64,000 nt of DNA from Camelus ferus. Taxonomy: Eukaryota. A model generated the notes under the pieces. The model saw only the letters and a program-made list of their open reading frames with translations. It had not been told where the DNA came from and did not search any database. The stretch spans positions 52,516,001-52,580,000 of the forward strand of contig NC_045696.1 of the NCBI RefSeq assembly GCF_009834535.1. The letters are read 5' to 3'. A program made the position numbers and the translations under genes. This document shows, one piece after another, positions 25,966 through 39,564 of the stretch (its first letter is position 1; every line of letters begins with the position of its first letter).

Positions 25966-26842
25966 AAATGTACTTTTAAAAGCCTTTTTTTGAGTCACTA
26001 TGTAGTCTCCTCCAAGGTAACTATTTTTTAAGATATTATGGAAATATTTGAAACTTGTTTAATTTTTTTGGGGGGGTTGTTTCAGTAAGAGAAATCTGGA
26101 TAACACCTTGCTATGTTTGATCTTTTATTAAAAAGACATTATACTCTTGCAGCAGAGTAGAGATGAAATAAGTAAGAGAAATATTAATAACCAAAACATT
26201 ATATATTGACTTCATGTTAGCCTGCAAAATTTAATTTTTATTTCTAAAACTTTAGAAATATTTTTTCCTATTAACTTTAGTTGTGGAAAAATTCTCTGCA
26301 ACCCATTCTGAAATACTTCATTAATCTTATCTTATCCGGGGTGTAACTCTGCTCAATAATGTTCTTCGAGATGTCTCAATTTGAGTAAGAAATAAAATGC
26401 TTTGTTTAAACCATTGGTCTTAAACAGCATTGATGAGCAGTATAAATATTGTAATTCTTAATAAATTACCAAAATTCTAAACTAGGCACTTAAAGATTTG
26501 TGCAGTTGAGTCTAAATCCACTTGTTTTGTTGTTGTTGTTTGTTTTAGTTTGGTTTTGTTTTACCACACAGAATTGTTCTTCAGCTGAACTGGTAGTTTT
26601 CTGTGTTTTCTTCCATTCGGAATGCCTTTTCTCCTGTTACCCCCTTCCAGTCTTCACATCTTTTTTGTACTCATTTGACTCTCCTTATATAGAACCATTT
26701 TGTTTTACAGTTACTTGTTTACTAATTTTCTCCTAGTGAACATCTGCAGGTCAGAACTAGGTTTGCTCCTTTTTTCTTCCCAAGAATGTTTTAATCAATT
26801 AAAATTTTTTTTTGACTATATGTCATTTAGTTCTCAAACCAG

Positions 26843-29800
26843 ACTTTATTTTTAATAACAGTTTTAGATTTACAGAAAAATTGAGAAGACAGTACAGAGA
26901 GTTCCTATATACCTGACATTCAGTTTCCCCTAATAACATCTTACTTTAGTTTGGTACATTGGCCACAATTAATGAACCGGTACTGATATGTTAGTATTAA
27001 CTAAAGTCCATAGTGTATCTAGATTTCCTTAGTTTTTATCAAATGTTTCTTTCTATTCCAGGATCTCATAATGATACCATATCACAGTTTTCATGTCTCA
27101 TTAGGCTACTATTGGCTATGACAGTTTCTCAGAATTTCCTTGTTCTTGATGACCTTGACAGTTTTGAAGAGTACTAGTCAAGTATTTTATAGGACCCCAC
27201 TCTACTGGAATTTGTCTGTTTTTCTGATGCTTAGACTGTGGTTATGGCTTTTGGGGGGAGGAAAACCTCAAAGACAGAGTGCCATTTTCATCATATCATA
27301 TTAAGGGCACATGATATCATATTGATATGACCTTGTTCATTTAGCTATAGTATTGTTTTTCAGGCTTTTCCACTGTAAACCATCACCCGTTCTCCCCCTT
27401 TCCCAATTTGTACTGTGTGCAGCCCACACTTAGGGAGTAGGGATTTGTGGACCCTCCTTGAGGGCAGATTATCTACATACACTATTTGGAATTCTTTTGC
27501 AGGAGAGATTTGTCTCATCTCTCCATTTATTAATGTATTCAATCATTTATTTATATCAGTATGGACTTATGTAATTTATGTTATATTTTGTGCTATAGTC
27601 CAAAAGCACTTTATTTATTTTCTCAAATTGTTTCAGTTTTAGCCATTAGGGGTTCTTTCAGTTGGCGCCTATGTCTCTTCAATCTGTGGGCTGGGATGGG
27701 AACCCATCCCATCAATTTACGGTTTTGTTGTTGTTGTTGTTGTTGTTTGTTTGTTTGTTTTTTGAGCACTTCCTTACTTCCTGGTACTATAAGATGCTCC
27801 AGGTGCATCTTGTACATTTCCTGCCTCAGTACCAGAATCAGCTATTTCTCCAAGGAGGCTCATTTTCTTCTTGTGGGAAAATGATATTGGAATCCAAGAT
27901 CTGGGTGCTAAATATGCTCATTTTTACTGTTATGTCATTGTTTCTAGATCCTGTCTGCTGACATAGCAAAGAAATATATGTCTATATCTTAATTTTTTTT
28001 CTTTTTTTTCCTTTTTTCTTCCTTTTTTTCCTCTATATGTCTGTATCTTAACTCATGTATATATATTTATCTACAAATATTTCTATATGTAATCATCTGT
28101 ACCTTTATTAAGCTAAACATGGGTCATACTGATGTCTCCAACTTTAATCCATTACCACGTGGATTATTCTAGCCTCATCCTCTTGTTTACCTATAACCTT
28201 CCACTCTAACGATGAGAAACTTGGTTCCCACCAACCACCATCCACCTACTTAATTGTTCGATTCCAGTGTACATGTACAGTGATTTCAGAATTGTTAACT
28301 GATCCTGCCATGTAGCACAACTTTATCAACCAAAGTACAGTGCTTATGTGCAGTTCCTTTACCTCTGGTCTTATAGCCTCCACTCATTTTCAGCATTGCT
28401 TAGATCAACATTTTTCCATACACCTATTCAGTAAGCTTCTTTTATACTTTTATAAAACAGGCCCATTTGTCAAAATCTGCATTCCTTTATGAGATTTTCT
28501 GTACTTCTAAATTATTTTTTTAATTTCTATACATTAATGTTCATTCTTTGTGCTGTAAAGTTCTATAGGTTTTGAAAAGAAAGACATAATGTCTAGTATC
28601 ATGTAGAATAGTTTCACTGCCATAGAAATCCCCTATGCTTCACGTATTCAACCCTTGACCCCTTTACTCAAATGCCTAGCAACCACTGATGTTTCTACTT
28701 TCTCTATAGTTTTGCCTTTTCCAGAATGTTATATAATTGGAATCACATGTAGCTTTTTCAGAGTGGCTGTCTTCACTTAGCCATTTACATTTAAGATTCC
28801 CCCATGTCTTTTCATTGTTTGATAGGTAATTTCTTTTTATTCCTGAATAATATTCTATTTTATGAATAGAATAGTTTGTGTATCCATTCACCCATTGAAG
28901 GACATCTTGGTTACTTCTGGTTTTTGGATATTACGAATAAAGCTGCTATAAACATTTGCATGCTGGTTTTTTGTGTGAGCATAAGTTTTCAAATGAGGGT
29001 AAATGCCTTGGAGTGTGATTGTTGAATCATATGGTAGGACTACATTAGCTTCATAAAAAACTGCCAAACTGTCTTCTGAAGTAGCTGTACCATTTTGCAT
29101 TCCTACCAGCAAGGAATGAGAGTTCCTGTTGCTTCAAATCGTCACCAACATTTAGTGTTGTCAGTGTTTTGGATTTTAGCCATTTTAACAGGTGTGTAAT
29201 GGTATCTTATTGTTGATTTGATTTGCAATTCCCTGATGACATATAATGTTGAGTATCTTTTTATATGCTTATTTGCCATCTGTATACCTTATTTGGTAAG
29301 GTGCCTATTCAGATCTTTCGCCCATTTTTAAATTGGGTTGTTTGTTTTCTAATTGCTGAATTTTAAGAATTCTTTTTATATTTTGGATACAAGATCTTTA
29401 CTAGATATGTGTTTTGTGAACATTTTCTTCCAGTCTGTGGCTTACCTTTTCATTCTCTCAACAGTGTCTTTCACAGAGTAGAAATTTTTTAATTTCAATA
29501 AAGTCAAGCTTATTATTTTTTTCTTTAACGAATCCTACTTTTGTTGTTGTATCTAAAAACTTATCATCAAGTCTGATGTCACCTAGATTTTCTCTTATGT
29601 GTTCTTCTAGAAATTTTATAGTTCTAAATATTACATTTAAGTGTATGACCCATTTTGAGTTAACTTTTTATGAAAGTGTAAGTTCTGTGTCTAATTTTTT
29701 TTTAAATAAACATCTAATTGTTCAGTGCCACTTGTTGAATAGACTTTTCCTGCTCCATTAAATTGCCTTTCTGCCTTTGTCAAAGATCAGTTGATGATAT

Positions 29801-32800
29801 TTGTAGGTGTCTGTTTCTGGGCTTTCTATTCTGATCCATTTGTCAGTGTACCCATTCTTTTAACAATACCACACTGCATTGATTACTGTAGTTTAACAAT
29901 AAGTCTGTAGATCTCGAAGTTGGATGTCAATCTTCCAGTGTTGTTCTTCTTCAATATTATATTGGCTATTTGGGGTCTTTTGCTTTTCCATATACATTTT
30001 AGAATCACTTTACAGATATTTACAAAGGAGCTTGTTGTGATTTTGAATAGAACTGCATTGAATTTATAGAGGAGTTGAGAAGATTTGGCATCTTAACAAT
30101 ATTGAATTTTTCAATTCATAAATATGGTACAGCTCTCTGTTTAGATCTTTTTTGATTTCTTTCATCAGATCTGTAGTTTCCCACATACAGATCCTGTACG
30201 TATATCATTAGATTTATACCTAAGAATTTCAATGTTTGTTGCTAATTTAAATGGCATTGTGTTCTTAATTTCAAATTACAATTATTCACTGCTAGTATAA
30301 AGGAAAACACTTGACCTCTGTATATTAAACTTGTATCCTGACAGATTGCTATAATCACCTATTAGTTCCAGGTTTTGTTTTTTGTTTTTTTTTTTTCCTT
30401 CTTTCAACTCCAAGATTTTCTACATAGACAACTGTGCCTTCTGGGAACAATGATATTTTTATTCCTTCTTTTTTAATCTGTATACTTTTTTTCCTTTGTA
30501 TTGTCTAAATGGACTGGCTAGAACTTCTAGTACAATGTTGAATAGGACTGGTGAGAGGGGACATCCTTACCTTTTCCCAATCAGAGGGAAATTCTCCAGT
30601 TTCTTACCATTAACTATAATGTTACTTGCAGGCTTTGAGTAGATATTCTTTATCAAGTTGAGGAAGTTCCTCTCTATTCCTAGTGTACTGAGAGTTTTTA
30701 TGATAAATGGGCTTTAGATTTTGTCAAATAGTTTTTCTTTAAAATTGATGTAATCACATGGTTCCTTTAGCATGTTGATTTGGTAGAGTACAGTAACTGA
30801 TTTTTCAAATGCTGAACCAGTGTTTTATAAGTAGAGTAAATTCCTCCTGGGTTGTGGTTTTCAAATCCTTTTTATACATTGTTGGAATTGCTTTGCTAAT
30901 ATTTGGTTGAGAATTTTTGCATCTATTTTGGTCTATAGTTTTCCACTCTTATTATGTCTTTATCTGGTTTGGGTGTTAGGGTAATGCTGGCCTTGTAGAA
31001 TGCAATAGAAAGTGCTCTCTGCTACTGATTTCTGGAAGAGATTGTAAAGAATTGCTGTCATTTCTTCCTTCAACAGTCTGTACCATCTGGGCCTGGTGCT
31101 CTGTTTAGGAAGACTATTAGTTATTGATTTAATATATTGAATTAATAAATATAGTCTGGCTTGGATTATCTATTTTGTTTTTTTTAATTTTTCATAGTTT
31201 GTAACCTTCAAGGAATTGGTCCATTTCATCTAAGTTATCAAAGGTGTGATTACACAGTTGTTCATAGTATTCCATTTTCATCCTTTTAATGTCCATGTGT
31301 CAGTAGTAATGAAAATATCTTTTATTTCTGATACTGATAATCTGTGTCTTTTATCTTTTTTTCCTGGTTAGCATAACTAGCAGTTCATCAATTTAATGCT
31401 ATTTTCAAAGAACCAGCTTTTATTTTGTTGATTTTGTCTACTGTTTTCCTGTTTTCAACTTTATTGATTTCAGCTCTAATTTAAAATTTTTTCTTCTTCT
31501 TCCTGTCTTTGGCTTAAAATTCACTTCTTTTTTTAGTTTCCTAAGGTGAAAGCCTGGACTACTAATTTGTGATCTTCTTTTCAAATGTAAGATTTAATGC
31601 TATAAATTTCCCTTTATATACTGCTTATACTCCATTCCACACATTTCAATAAGTTATATTTTCATTAAATTAAAAATATATTTTTAAATTTCCCTTGAGA
31701 TTTCTTCTTTGACCTATATGTTATTTAGCAGTGTGTTGTTTAATCTCCAAATATTTGAGGATTTTCTAGATATCCTTCTGTTATTGATTTCTCTGTTAAT
31801 TCAGTTGAGATATGAGAATATATTTTGCATGATTTCTAGGTTTTTAGATTTGTCAAGGTGTGTTTTATGGCCCCAGATGTGCTCTATCTTGGTGAATTTT
31901 CCATATGAGCTTAAGGAGAATATGTATTCTGATGTTATTGGATCGAGAATTCTATAAATATCCATTAGATCAAGTTGATTGATAGTGCTGTTTCAGTCAA
32001 CTTTATCCTTACTAACATTATGCCTCTTGGTCTGTTAATTACCAAAATAAAGGAGTTAACTGTCCAGCTAGAATCATGGATTTGTCATTTCTCCTTGTAG
32101 TACTATCAGTTTTTTTCTCATTGTTTTGACACTCTGTTATATGCATACCCTTTAATGATTGTTATGTCCTCTTAAAGAATTGACCCCTTTCTTATATCTT
32201 TCTTCATCCCTTTGTGCCTTTATATTTAAAGTAGGTTTCTTGTAGAGAACATACATAGTTGGGGCTTGTTTTTTTATGCACTCTAATGTCTTTAATTGAT
32301 GTATTTAGACAGACTTTTCTTAAATAGAGTCTTAGTCTTGCAGTTCTTTCAGCTTTAATATACTGTTACGGTTTCTGAAGCCGTGTATATGTGGTAATAT
32401 GGAGTGGGGGAGGGGAATTATTCTGTAATTTATAATTAAATTTTAATCTTTTAGTGGGCCTTTGTCAACAGGCTGTGACCTTCACCTTTGCTCCTCCAAA
32501 CCTTCTTACCTTCCCTCACCCCACCTTTACATAAAACAGGAAGAGTAGAGGGAGTTAGGGAAATGTCCCTCCCAAGCTTAAATATAGCTTCTTTTTTCCC
32601 TAGAGAGCAGACCTTTGTTATGGGAAATGCTTTGGACATATTTACAAATGGTCACTTTTCTCTTCCCTTTGCCAGAGAAATGAGCTGATTTTTTTCTTGT
32701 CTCTTAACTATGAAAACCTGGTGAGGTTCCTAGAGGGTCAAAGCCATTAAAATATTCCCCACTGCCCCTAAGACTGTACCTTCCAAGAGTTTCTCACTCT

Positions 32801-33065
32801 TATGGTAGTACACACTCAACCTCCAGCAATTCATCAAAATGATCATTTCAGCATTCTTATCATTACTGACTCTACAGGCTCCCTACTCCTGGTAATGATC
32901 TTCGTTGTTACTCTCCATATTTGGTTGTCTCTCTAGATTTAAGGGTGACTGTTTGCTCTGTGACTTTGATAAACTTGCCCAAGACAAGTTACTAATTTTA
33001 ATTTTGTTTCAGTTTTTTTTATGCTGTAAAGATGGAAATGACAGTTCCCAAACTTTTTCCAAGCT
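26843..33065 (-). mobile_element. ancient L1MD/L1MC-like element: long 3' UTR (26843-~28700), decayed ORF2 (~28700-32310) and probable 5' region
   Basis: 3' end ttttagatttacagaaaaattgagaagacagtacagagagttcc; ORF2 remnants in ORF track (MLVGMQNGTATSEDSLAVF..LPYD); continuous L1-like reverse-strand sequence; the segment beyond 32330 is less certain. Confidence 0.85.
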
Positions 33066-33544
33066 TATGTATGAACTCTACTCCATTTTGTATCCTTGAA
33101 AGGCTCCAGGAATGTCTTGTGTTAGTGTTTGTTGAATGACTGAATTTACAGATAAAATAAACCAGGTTCAGGTACAGTTAAACAAATTTTCCCAAATTTT
33201 CAAGAATTGCTTATTAATATAAACTTAAAAACATGGAAAAAAGAATGTGGAATAACCACGATTCTCTATTATATTCAAAATTATTTTGTGTGATTTCAAT
33301 TAGAAAACAAATATACAAGGTAAAAACTGCCTAATTTTTAGAAACATAATTTTTTAAATTGCTAAACAAACATTTAATCACATTCTTGTTTCCAGAACTT
33401 CAAGCAACACATAGGCATATAGATTAAAATGTGAAAATATCTCTTCAACCACAGCTTGCCTCCCACTCACCTATTAAAAAAGTTGTTTCATTTTGTTGTA
33501 ATATGTTTTCAAGATCTTTCTATGTTATTAGATGCCAGTCTCCC

Positions 33545-33775
33545 TCAATCGTTCTTTCATTTGACAAATATTTATTGTGCACCTATCATATGACAGTACT
33601 ATTTCAGGTACTAGGAATGTTAGTAGTGAGCAAGACAAAGTTCCTACCTTTATAAATCTTCTAGAGTATTAACAGATGCCAATAATAAACATAAATAAAT
33701 GAATATATAATGTAATGTCAGAAAGTGATAAATTTAATGAAGACATTAAAGCAAGAATGGTTAGGAAAGGCCTTA
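33545..33775 (-). mobile_element. L2 3' end
   Basis: tcatttgacaaatatttattgtgcacctatcatatgacagtactatttcaggtactaggaat...gtgagcaagacaaag. Confidence 0.75.
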
Positions 33776-34229
33776 TTCTCCTTTACATTTTTACCTTTTA
33801 TGCCCTTTTAATTTCTTATATAATAAACATGTATGTACCCTTATGGTTTACTGGTTATCAACTCTAGCTTAATAGCATTGGAATATAATTTCTAGATTTT
33901 TATTAAAATACCTAGTATCTATTTGATCTTTATTATTTCTTCTCATTGATTATTTAATTCATTTCACAAATATTCCTCAAAAGCCTACCATTTGCCAGGC
34001 ACTGTTGTATATGATGAGGAACTAAAGATAGAGATATACACCTGGGGATGGCAGGTAGATGTAAAAATTCAAGTTAGTTTGGTATCTAAAGCACTTGACA
34101 CTTCTCTGTTTCAATATATTCATGCATTCGCTTGAGTCCTTCTTTTATTATAGTGTGCTAATGTAATCCTACGTGGCTTTCAGCTGCCTCTCTCAGATTG
34201 CCTATTTCTTCCTTCTACAAAGCAAAAGC

Positions 34230-34238
34230 AGAAAGAAA

Positions 34239-34326
<88 letters not shown>

Positions 34327-34451
34327 GGGAGGGAGGAAGGGAAGGAGGAAGGGAGGGAAGAAGGAAGGGAGGAAGGAAGGGAGGAAGAAAACAGAGACAG
34401 AAAGAGAAGAGGGAGGGAGGAAGGGAGAGGGGGAGGAAGGGAAAGAAAGGG
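34230..34451. repeat. (GAAA)21 plus GGAA/GGGA-rich polypurine tract
   Basis: Perfect GAAA array 34241-34324 followed by a degenerate purine run. Confidence 0.95.
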
Positions 34452-34914
34452 CAAACTATAATGTCTGTACAGAGACTATAAGACTTGTCCCAGAACTAGA
34501 CTGTCTCTAAACAGAAGATGAAAATATGTATTCTACCAAAGAACAAAACAACCCCCTGCTCCAATACTACCCCTTTATAGTTGAAAGTTGCTATGATTTA
34601 TTTTACATGGAGAGCACTTACTTTTTCTGTTGTCTCTTTTACAAACTGCTTCATTAAGAATGTCTTTGAGAAAGTGGCTTTTGAAAGAATCTGTATCTTA
34701 CATACAGACCAACTTAAACAAGTTTCCTTAAAAGAGAGTTAGCTCTATTAGCTCATGATAATAGCATGTAACATTAATTGGGGGCAGGGGGAGTCTAAAC
34801 TCTCAGACAATGAAATATTGAAAATGTTAAAGAAACCAAAATAAAATAATAAAACACTGGGGAAAGAATATAGAATAATCAATATACCTTTTCTATTATT
34901 GTCAAAGTTCTATT

Positions 34915-35280
34915 TTGTACCAGGGGCTGGAAGGAGAAGGGAAATGATGAACTATTGCTCAAAGAGTATAAAGTTTTAGTTATGCAAGATGAGTTAGTTC
35001 TACTAGAGATTTTCTGTACAATGTAGTACCTATAGTTAACAATGCAATATTGTGTACTTGTGTACTTTAAAATATGTTAAAAGAATATATCTCACGTTAA
35101 GTGTTTTTATCATACCTCCCCAACACACACACACACAAACACAAGGAAGTGTTTGGAGGTGATGAATATGCTTAGTACCTTGATTGTGGTGATGGCATCA
35201 TGGGTGTATGTGTACATCTAAACTCATCAAGGTGAATATGTTAAATATGTGCAAATTTTTATAAGTTAATTGCATTTCAT
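34915..35280 (+). mobile_element. L1MA/L1MB-type 3' end fragment
   Basis: ccaggggctgg...aaagagtataaagttttagttatgcaagatgag...tttggaggtgatgaatatg...ccttgattgtggtgatggc...aaactcatcaa. Confidence 0.8.
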
Positions 35281-35961
35281 GTTGTTTGAAAGACTTAATT
35301 TGTATGTTTTAGATTTGAAAAAATATATAAATTAAAAACTGAGCAATCTTTTGAAACATAAAAGACCCTGAATAATGACAAATATTTTTGAAAATGGGCA
35401 AATAATTGATAAAATGTTTTGACAATATAACCTGTGTTTAATTAAAATACCTCAATTGATATTCTTAAGAATCCTGCAGGTTGAGTTTTTTATCACTGCA
35501 CTGTCTTTCTGATACTGAAGCAGTGGATAAGACAGAACAGGGGTCTTAACAAAGGCACTACCCAGTAAACGGCGGTAATAGTGCCCATCCTTTATCTTTT
35601 AGGTCCCCATTCCATTGTCTTCCTATTAGGTCATTCTGTTTCATTGACTCATCTGAGATCGTATGGTTTGGGGAAGCTCTGAAGACAAAGCAGGCTAAAT
35701 ACAGTGGCATCTTACAGACAGTCAATTAGATGTATACACAGTCAACCTGAACAAAAATAAAATTACATCTCTCTTCTTCCCCTCAGTGATTTGTTTTTCC
35801 TAAGACACTGCTCACAGTATTCCTCTCACTTGAGTTTGTTCTTTTCTTCCTGCCATCTATCCTCCTCAAGTCTCTCCTTTGTCTTGAGACTTTCCTCAAG
35901 TATTTTTGTAATAATGTAAAACTGAAAAGGGCCCAAGTATGTGAATAAGTAAGGATATTTT

Positions 35962-36318
35962 ATTTTATATTTTTAATATATGTTTATTGAAGTAGTCAGT
36001 TTACAATGTTGTGTCAGTTTATAGTGTACAGCACAATACTTCAGTCACATAGGAACATACATACATTCATTCTCATATTCTTTTTCACCATAGGTTACAA
36101 GATATTAAATATGGTTCCCTGTGATATACAGTATAAACTTGTTGTTTATTGGATTTTGTGAGAATTTATTCCTCCTGTATTTCAAAATGAGAAACAGTCT
36201 GCTAGAGTTCAGTAGGTGTTCTGTGTGATTCAATGGATTTGTAGATGTAATTCTTGGTGTATTTGTGGGAGAGGGTGAGCTATGAGTCTCTCTATTACGC
36301 CATCTTGGCTCTGCCCTC
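35962..36318 (-). mobile_element. bipartite L1-derived retro-element: L1 5' UTR head (36150-36318) fused to L1 3' tail/poly(A) (35962-36149)
   Basis: Minus strand starts GAGGGCAGAGCCAAGATGGCG (L1 5' terminus with YY1 motif). Tail aligns with the L1 3' end at 60910-61100. TSD agtaaggatatttt (35948-35961) / agtaaaggatatttt (36319-36333) ending at TTTT/AA. Confidence 0.85.
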
Positions 36319-36347
36319 AGTAAAGGATATTTTAAATTAAGGAACTT

Positions 36348-38222
36348 ATTCAATATCCATTCATGATAGAACCTCTTCAAAAACTTGGAATAAAGAATTT
36401 CCTCAACTTGATAAAGAGAATTAACAAAAAAAGCCCACAGCTACCATTATGTCTAATGGTGAAAGACTGGATGCCTACCCACTAAGATCCAGGAACAAGG
36501 CAAGAATGTCCACTCTCGCCACTCTTAATCCAACATAGCGTAGAAGTTGTATCAAGTGCATTATGACAAGAAAAGGAAATAAAACGAATACAGATCAGAA
36601 AGGAAGAGATAAAACTGCCCCTACTTGCAGATGGCATAATTATCTATGTAGGGAATCCACAAAAGAATAAAACAAAACTCTAGATCTAAGTGAATTTAGC
36701 AACATCACAGAATACAGAATAATATGCTAAATCAATTGTATTTCTGTATACTAGCAATGACCACATGGACACTGAAATTAAAAATGCAATATCATTTATA
36801 ATGTCTGAAAAGCTAATGCACTTGAGTGCAAATCTATAAAAACATGAACAAGATGTATATGATGAAAACTTCATAACACTGATGAAAGAAATAAAAGAGA
36901 TTAAATAAATGAAGAGACATACCAAGTTCATGGATTGATAGACTTAATATAGTAAAGATGTCAAGTCTTTCCCCAACTCATTTATGGTTTTAATGTAATT
37001 TCTTATTAAAATCTCACTTACACTTTTTGTGGATATAAACAAGAGTATTCAAAGATTTACATGGAAAAGCAAAAGAAGTAGAATAGGTAAGAGAAGAAGA
37101 AAGATGGAGGAATAATTCCACCTAATTTCTAGATTTATTATATAGCTACAGTAATCAAGACAGTGTGACATTGGTGGTGGAATAGATACACAGATCAGTG
37201 GACACAATAAAAACCCAAACATACCTACAAAAATAAGCCCATCTAATTTTTGACAGAAGTACAAAAGCAGTTCAAAGTAGGAAAGATGGCTTGTTCAACA
37301 AATGTGCTAGAGCAACTGGACAGACTTAGCCAAAAAAAATAAAGTAAAATAAAATAATAACAACAAAAAAAAACCTTATCATACATCTCACACCTTTAGA
37401 AAAATTTAACTCAAAATGCATCACAGACTTAAATGTAAAACTATAAATCTTCAAGAAATAAACATATAAGAAAATCTTCAGTATCTAAGGTTAGGCAGAG
37501 TTGTTAGACTTGACACCAAGTCATGAACCATAAAAGGAAAAAAAATAAATTGTGCTTCATCAAAATTTAAAATTTTTGCTCCACAGAAGACTGTTAAGTG
37601 AATGAAAAGACATACTACAGAGTGGAAGAAAATATTTGCAAATCACATATTGGGCATGTAGTATCTAGAATACATAAGGAATTCTCAAAATTGAACAATC
37701 TGAAAGTAAACAGTTCAATGAGAACATGGGCAAAAGACATTTTACCAAAATTTTTCACACTGTGGCAGATAAGCACATAAAAAAAGATGCTCAACATCAT
37801 TAGCCATTGTGGAAATGCAAACTAAAACCACAATGAAGTATCACTACATATCTGTTGGAAGGGCTAAAGTAAAATGTGGTGGCAAAACCAAGTACTATTA
37901 TGGATATGAAAAACCTGGAGCACTCATACATTGCTGGTGGAAATATAAAATGCTATGGCCACTCAGTTTGGCAGTTTCTATAAAAGCAAAACATGCAACT
38001 ACCATGTGACCCAGCAATTGCCCACCTGGTATTTATCCCATAGAAGTAAAGACATATTCACGTAAAAACGTGTACACCAATGTTTACTGTACTTTATTTA
38101 TAATAGCAAAAGCAGTTGCCCACTTGGGTGTTTATGCCATAGAAGTAAAGACACAGTCACATAAAAACTTGTGCACCAATGTTTATTGGAGCTTTATTTA
38201 TAATAGTCAAAACTGGAAACAA
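36348..38222 (+). mobile_element. ancient L1M (MC/MD-like) ORF2 fragment
   Basis: ttcctcaacttgataaag...ggaacaaggcaagaatgtccactctc...ttgcagatggcataattatctatgta...gaaatgcaaactaaaaccacaatga...gacccagcaattgc. Confidence 0.85.
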
Positions 38223-38489
38223 TTGCTATTCTTTATGTTCTATACAGACAATTCTCTAAACCCTTAAGATGTTAAGTAGACATAATTTTATCATGTTGTT
38301 ATCTGATACTGTATCTTCTGTTATTACATTCTCAACTGTAATGTAAGCTTCTTGAGGTGACACATGAAATGTCAGGTAGCACAGTAGTGAGTACACTTTT
38401 TAATGGAATCATCTGGATAGTTGCTCCAACAATTCCCTTTGGTTAACTAGCATAGGCAACCCACACCTGCGGACTTATTTACACTCATT

Positions 38490-38965
38490 TCCTTTAACTG
38501 CTTTGCAGCTCTGCAGCATTTGACATTTTTGGCTTCCTCTTGCTAAGAATTCTCTTTTTTCTTAACTTCTGTGACCAGTCTTCTTTTGATTCCCTTAGTT
38601 ATTTCATCTATCTTATGACTCATTCTTTGATACTTCATCTTTCCAAACTCTAAATATAAATATTACTTTATTTTATTTAGCTTTTCTTTTTTTCTCTCTC
38701 TCTCTCTAGTTTCCACTGATAATTCCAACCATGTTTCTGACTTTTTTTATTAAAACATTTTTTTATAGGTGGCTTTCTAATTTTCAGTTCCAGGCCATAC
38801 CTAAGCTCTTAGACTCTAATTCCTGACTGTCTGATGAACATTGCCATCTGAACTGCCCTATGGCACTTCTAACTCAACATTCTCCAAACAGAACGTATCT
38901 TTTTTCTTATCTCATTACATACATCTCCTTGTTTTGTGCTCCTTATTTCTTATAAAGACCTCACC
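38490..38965 (+). mobile_element. L2 fragment
   Basis: ctctgcagcatttgaca...ggcacttctaactcaacattctccaaacagaac. Confidence 0.6.
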
Positions 38966-39164
38966 AGCATTAATGATATAAATTCTGTATGTTTACTGTG
39001 GCCAATAAAACTTTCAAATGTTGTACCAGGAAACTGGCAATTTCTTATCTATGCTGAAAAGGACCTCCCTTCAGGCTACTTCCTGGTCTCTCTACAGAAA
39101 TTATAAACATGAGCTTTAGAGATACATAACTGATTTTAAGACAAAGCCTGCATTTCTTCCTACT

Positions 39165-39560
39165 TGTATTGGATACCTCTAATGCTCAATCTCCCATCAC
39201 ATTACCCTGCCCATTTACTCCAGCCATTGCTACAGCAACCAGCTGCACAAAGGAAAATCTGACAGCATCTCAAGTCATCTCCACCTCATATTTCTTCTTA
39301 CTTCCTGATCTGGGGCTCCTAGGCTTCATGAGGCTTACCTGCAGAACCTGCTCAGCCATTCTGACACAAAAATGGGGCAAACTTTGATAAACAGGGGATG
39401 GAAAATTAAGAGCTTATGAATAAATATCTATCTCTTTTGTCTGTCAGTTGCACATTTCTGAGACATATTTTTCCAAGGATCCTCAGAGGTTCCCTTCCTA
39501 GGACACTTGGATCAGCCCCCATTGCCCATAGCATTAACCTGCACAGTAACATATCCTTGT
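39165..39560 (+). mobile_element. LTR33-like ERVL LTR
   Basis: ggggcaaactttgataaacaggggatgg...gaataaat...ttctgagacatattt...cagcccccattgcccatagc...taacatatccttgta. Confidence 0.65.
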
Positions 39561-39564
39561 AGTC

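Noticed and set aside
34173..34481. K/E/R-rich and F/L/S-rich ORFs
   Set aside because: Translation of the (GAAA)n/(GGAA)n microsatellite.
36105..36380. 91-aa ORF spanning the L1 head+tail element
   Set aside because: It starts outside the TSD in an unrelated older L1 and reads through UTR-derived sequence; coincidental.
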